Shown here: piece after piece, positions 61,716 through 64,000 of the stretch
How the letters are laid out: each line of letters starts with the position of its first letter
How positions within the stretch are numbered: position 1 is the stretch's first letter
From: an archaeon
GTDB lineage: Archaea > Undinarchaeota > Undinarchaeia > Undinarchaeales > JBDRKL01
Direction of reading: 5' to 3'
Assembly (NCBI GenBank): GCA_043814055.1
Contig: JBDRKL010000012.1
Coordinates: 1-64,000 of the forward strand
DNA length: 64,000 nt
Translations under genes and position numbers: made by a program
The notes under the pieces: generated by a model
Database searches by the model: none
Seen by the model: the letters and a program-made list of their open reading frames with translations, nothing else
What the model was told of the DNA's origin: nothing

Positions 61716-62804
61716 ATGACATTTAGCGAACGAACTAACAAGATACTGCACGCAGCAGTTTTGTTCCTTTCCCTGTACTTTTTCCTAGTTTCAATAAAGC
61801 TCATGGGCGGGTCGTTCAAGCTTATGGGCTCAGGTTTTGCCGAGACGCTCCTGAGCGCGACTGCGAATCCGCTTACAGCACTCTTTATTGGAATTCTTGC
61901 AACTGCAATTATTCAAAGCTCATCTTCAACTACTTCAATTATTGTTGCGTTCGTTGGCGCTGGTATGCTGCCGCTTGAGGCAGCTATCCCTATGGTAATG
62001 GGTGCAAATATTGGAACAACAGTTACAAACACCTTGGTTTCATTTGCCCATCTTACGCGGCGGAGCGAGTTCAGATTGGCGTTTTCTTCTTCAATTGTCC
62101 ACTTATTTTTCAACGCGATTATTGTTATGATATTTTTCCCGCTTGAACAAGCTACTCATATTCTTCAGAGAACTGCGATTTATATGGCTGATATGACTGT
62201 TGGAACTTCAGGCATGACTTTCACAAGCCCGTTGGATCAAGTAATTACGCCAGTTGTGAAAGCAGTGATACACGTTCTTCCTCCTCAGTACATGATACTA
62301 ATTTCAGTTGTGGTGCTTATGATTGCGCTGAAGTATCTTGTGACAGCAACAAAAGTCCTGTTCATTTCAGGCAGGGAGAATTTCCTGAGCAAGTACTTGT
62401 TCAAGACTGCCAAAATAAGCTTTGTGTGCGGATTCCTACTTACTGCGCTTGTGCAAAGCAGTTCAATCACAACATCACTTGTAGTTCCATTTGCAGGGGC
62501 AGGCCTCTTGTCACTAGAGCAAATATTCCCATTCGCACTGGGCGCAAATATTGGAACTACGGTTACAGCGTTCCTTGCGGCTCTGGTTACTGGAACAACA
62601 ATGGCGCTGGCGCTTGCATATGTGCACATACTCTTCAATTCGCTTGGCGCAATTGTGATATGGCCAATTAGAAAATTGCCGATATGGATGGCGGAGAAGA
62701 TGGGCGAGATAGTTGAGAAAAAGCGCAGGGTAGCTCTTATATACGTGGCAGTAATATTCTACATACTGCCCCTCATGGTCTTAATATTAAGCGGGGTGAT
62801 TTAA
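61716..62804 (+). CDS. Na+/phosphate cotransporter
   Basis: Two QSSS...GANIGTT repeats. Confidence 0.92.
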   Translation: MTFSERTNKILHAAVLFLSLYFFLVSIKLMGGSFKLMGSGFAETLLSATANPLTALFIGILATAIIQSSSSTTSIIVAFVGAGMLPLEAAIPMVMGANIGTTVTNTLVSFAHLTRRSEFRLAFSSSIVHLFFNAIIVMIFFPLEQATHILQRTAIYMADMTVGTSGMTFTSPLDQVITPVVKAVIHVLPPQYMILISVVVLMIALKYLVTATKVLFISGRENFLSKYLFKTAKISFVCGFLLTALVQSSSITTSLVVPFAGAGLLSLEQIFPFALGANIGTTVTAFLAALVTGTTMALALAYVHILFNSLGAIVIWPIRKLPIWMAEKMGEIVEKKRRVALIYVAVIFYILPLMVLILSGVI

Positions 62805-62806
62805 AA

Positions 62807-63562
62807 ATGGAACTTTACAAAAGAATATATGATGCGTGGAAGAAGCGGCCGATACTGGAAGATGCATATAATCATGCAGCAGACATACTGAAGCGGGACC
62901 AGTACATGTTCAATGAGGTCTGCACTGCCCTAATAAGCGGCGGCTCCACAAGGGAGAGCAGTACTGATGAGGAGAGGGACATAGTTGAGATAATCACAGA
63001 GGAAGACCACAAGATAAACGACATGGCGAGGAGCATCCGCCAGGAACTGCTGTCTTATCTTGCGCTGAACAGCTCGCCTGACCTGTCATCCTCGCTTGTG
63101 CTCACGAGCCTTGTGATATACCTTGAGCGGCTTGGGGATTACACAAAGGACCTTGCTCAGCTTACCCTGCTCAACGCGCCGAAGTTCAGGCAGATGACTT
63201 ACCATGGGGACATAGAAAAATATCAAAAGCACTTGATGGTAATGTTTGACCTTACAATAAAGGCATTTGAAAACGGGGACAAGGTTGCGGCGATGAAAGT
63301 AATGAACGAGAATGTCAAGCTCAGGAATGAGACTGATGTTTTGCTGCACAAAATCAATACTGACAAAAACATACGCGGCAGGGAGGCAATGACCTACACT
63401 TTGTACACCCGATATTTCAGGAGAGTTGCCGGGCACTTGGAAAATGTCGCATCAAGCGTGATTTCGCCATTCCCTGACTTGGGGTTCAAGCACGCTGCAG
63501 GGGTTAAGCTCACGGAGAAGAGAACAAAGATGAGCAATATTGTGAAAAAGAGAGGGAAGTAG
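62807..63562 (+). CDS. PhoU-family protein
   Basis: LERLGDY and RRVAGH motifs in two helical repeats; follows the Na/Pi transporter. Confidence 0.85.
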   Translation: MELYKRIYDAWKKRPILEDAYNHAADILKRDQYMFNEVCTALISGGSTRESSTDEERDIVEIITEEDHKINDMARSIRQELLSYLALNSSPDLSSSLVLTSLVIYLERLGDYTKDLAQLTLLNAPKFRQMTYHGDIEKYQKHLMVMFDLTIKAFENGDKVAAMKVMNENVKLRNETDVLLHKINTDKNIRGREAMTYTLYTRYFRRVAGHLENVASSVISPFPDLGFKHAAGVKLTEKRTKMSNIVKKRGK

Positions 63563-63599
63563 ACAAAGTTCTTATACATAAAGATAAAAATCAACTCGT

Positions 63600-64000
63600 A
63601 TGGATGTTGTGATTCTAATACTGGCTTTTTTTACATAGGTCAGACAATAGATATACTCATAAGGAAGGCGATTGACAAGGAAAAGCCGCTGTGGCTACTT
63701 GTTTTGCCGGCTCTTCTCCTGCCGACGTATATCTTAAGCGATTTTTTCTTCAAGTTCATCCTCCTTTTCATACTCATAATGTGGAGCCGCGTATGCAGGA
63801 GCTCGGGTTATGGATTGAATTACCAGTTTCCGCTCATAGTTGCAGGCGGCATAGTGCTCGGACCTGCAGCAGGGGCAATCCTTGGTTTTGTGCCGCTGAT
63901 CCTCGTGCCATTCATCCGGCCTGACGCACAGGTCGTGTCAATATACCAGAGCGCGGTGCTCCTGACTATAATAGGCGCAGTGAGCGGGTTCCTTGGCGGG
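63600..64000 (+). CDS. membrane protein (partial; apparent frameshift in a T7 run)
   Basis: ATG 63600 gives MDVVILILAFF then stop. The shifted frame is open to the window end as a hydrophobic protein (YIGQTIDILIRK...GIVLGPAAGAILG). Confidence 0.6.

Overview
Archaeal chromosomal window, probably DPANN-type (inferred from gene content and rRNA style; an Undinarchaeota-like lineage is plausible but not verified). It carries the aIF5B-rps6e-aIF2gamma cluster, RNase P RNA, a large beta-helix surface protein and a minus-strand 16S-tRNA(Ala)-ORF-23S operon. It also has a PerR-rubrerythrin-superoxide reductase-Ogg operon, six tRNAs (three with introns), ileS, a P-type ATPase, an ATP-citrate lyase/IDH/aconitase cluster, pyrFE, gdhA, trxB, a tRNA-His/hisS/his operon, and an ~11 kb operon for the archaeal modified mevalonate and ether-lipid pathways. 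The most striking unexplained signal is two related families of short hairpin-rich repeats. They abut the ends of most small non-coding RNAs, and at three tRNA genes they lie between direct duplications of the tRNA 5' end, which suggests an ncRNA-targeting miniature mobile element. Other highlights: tRNA-Ile with a UAU anticodon; a C/D sRNA predicted to guide 16S C1402 and 23S A2503 methylation; a protein gene inside the rRNA spacer; an atypical RNase P P4 helix; a P-loop-less mevalonate kinase paralogue; and two homopolymer frameshifts near gene starts.
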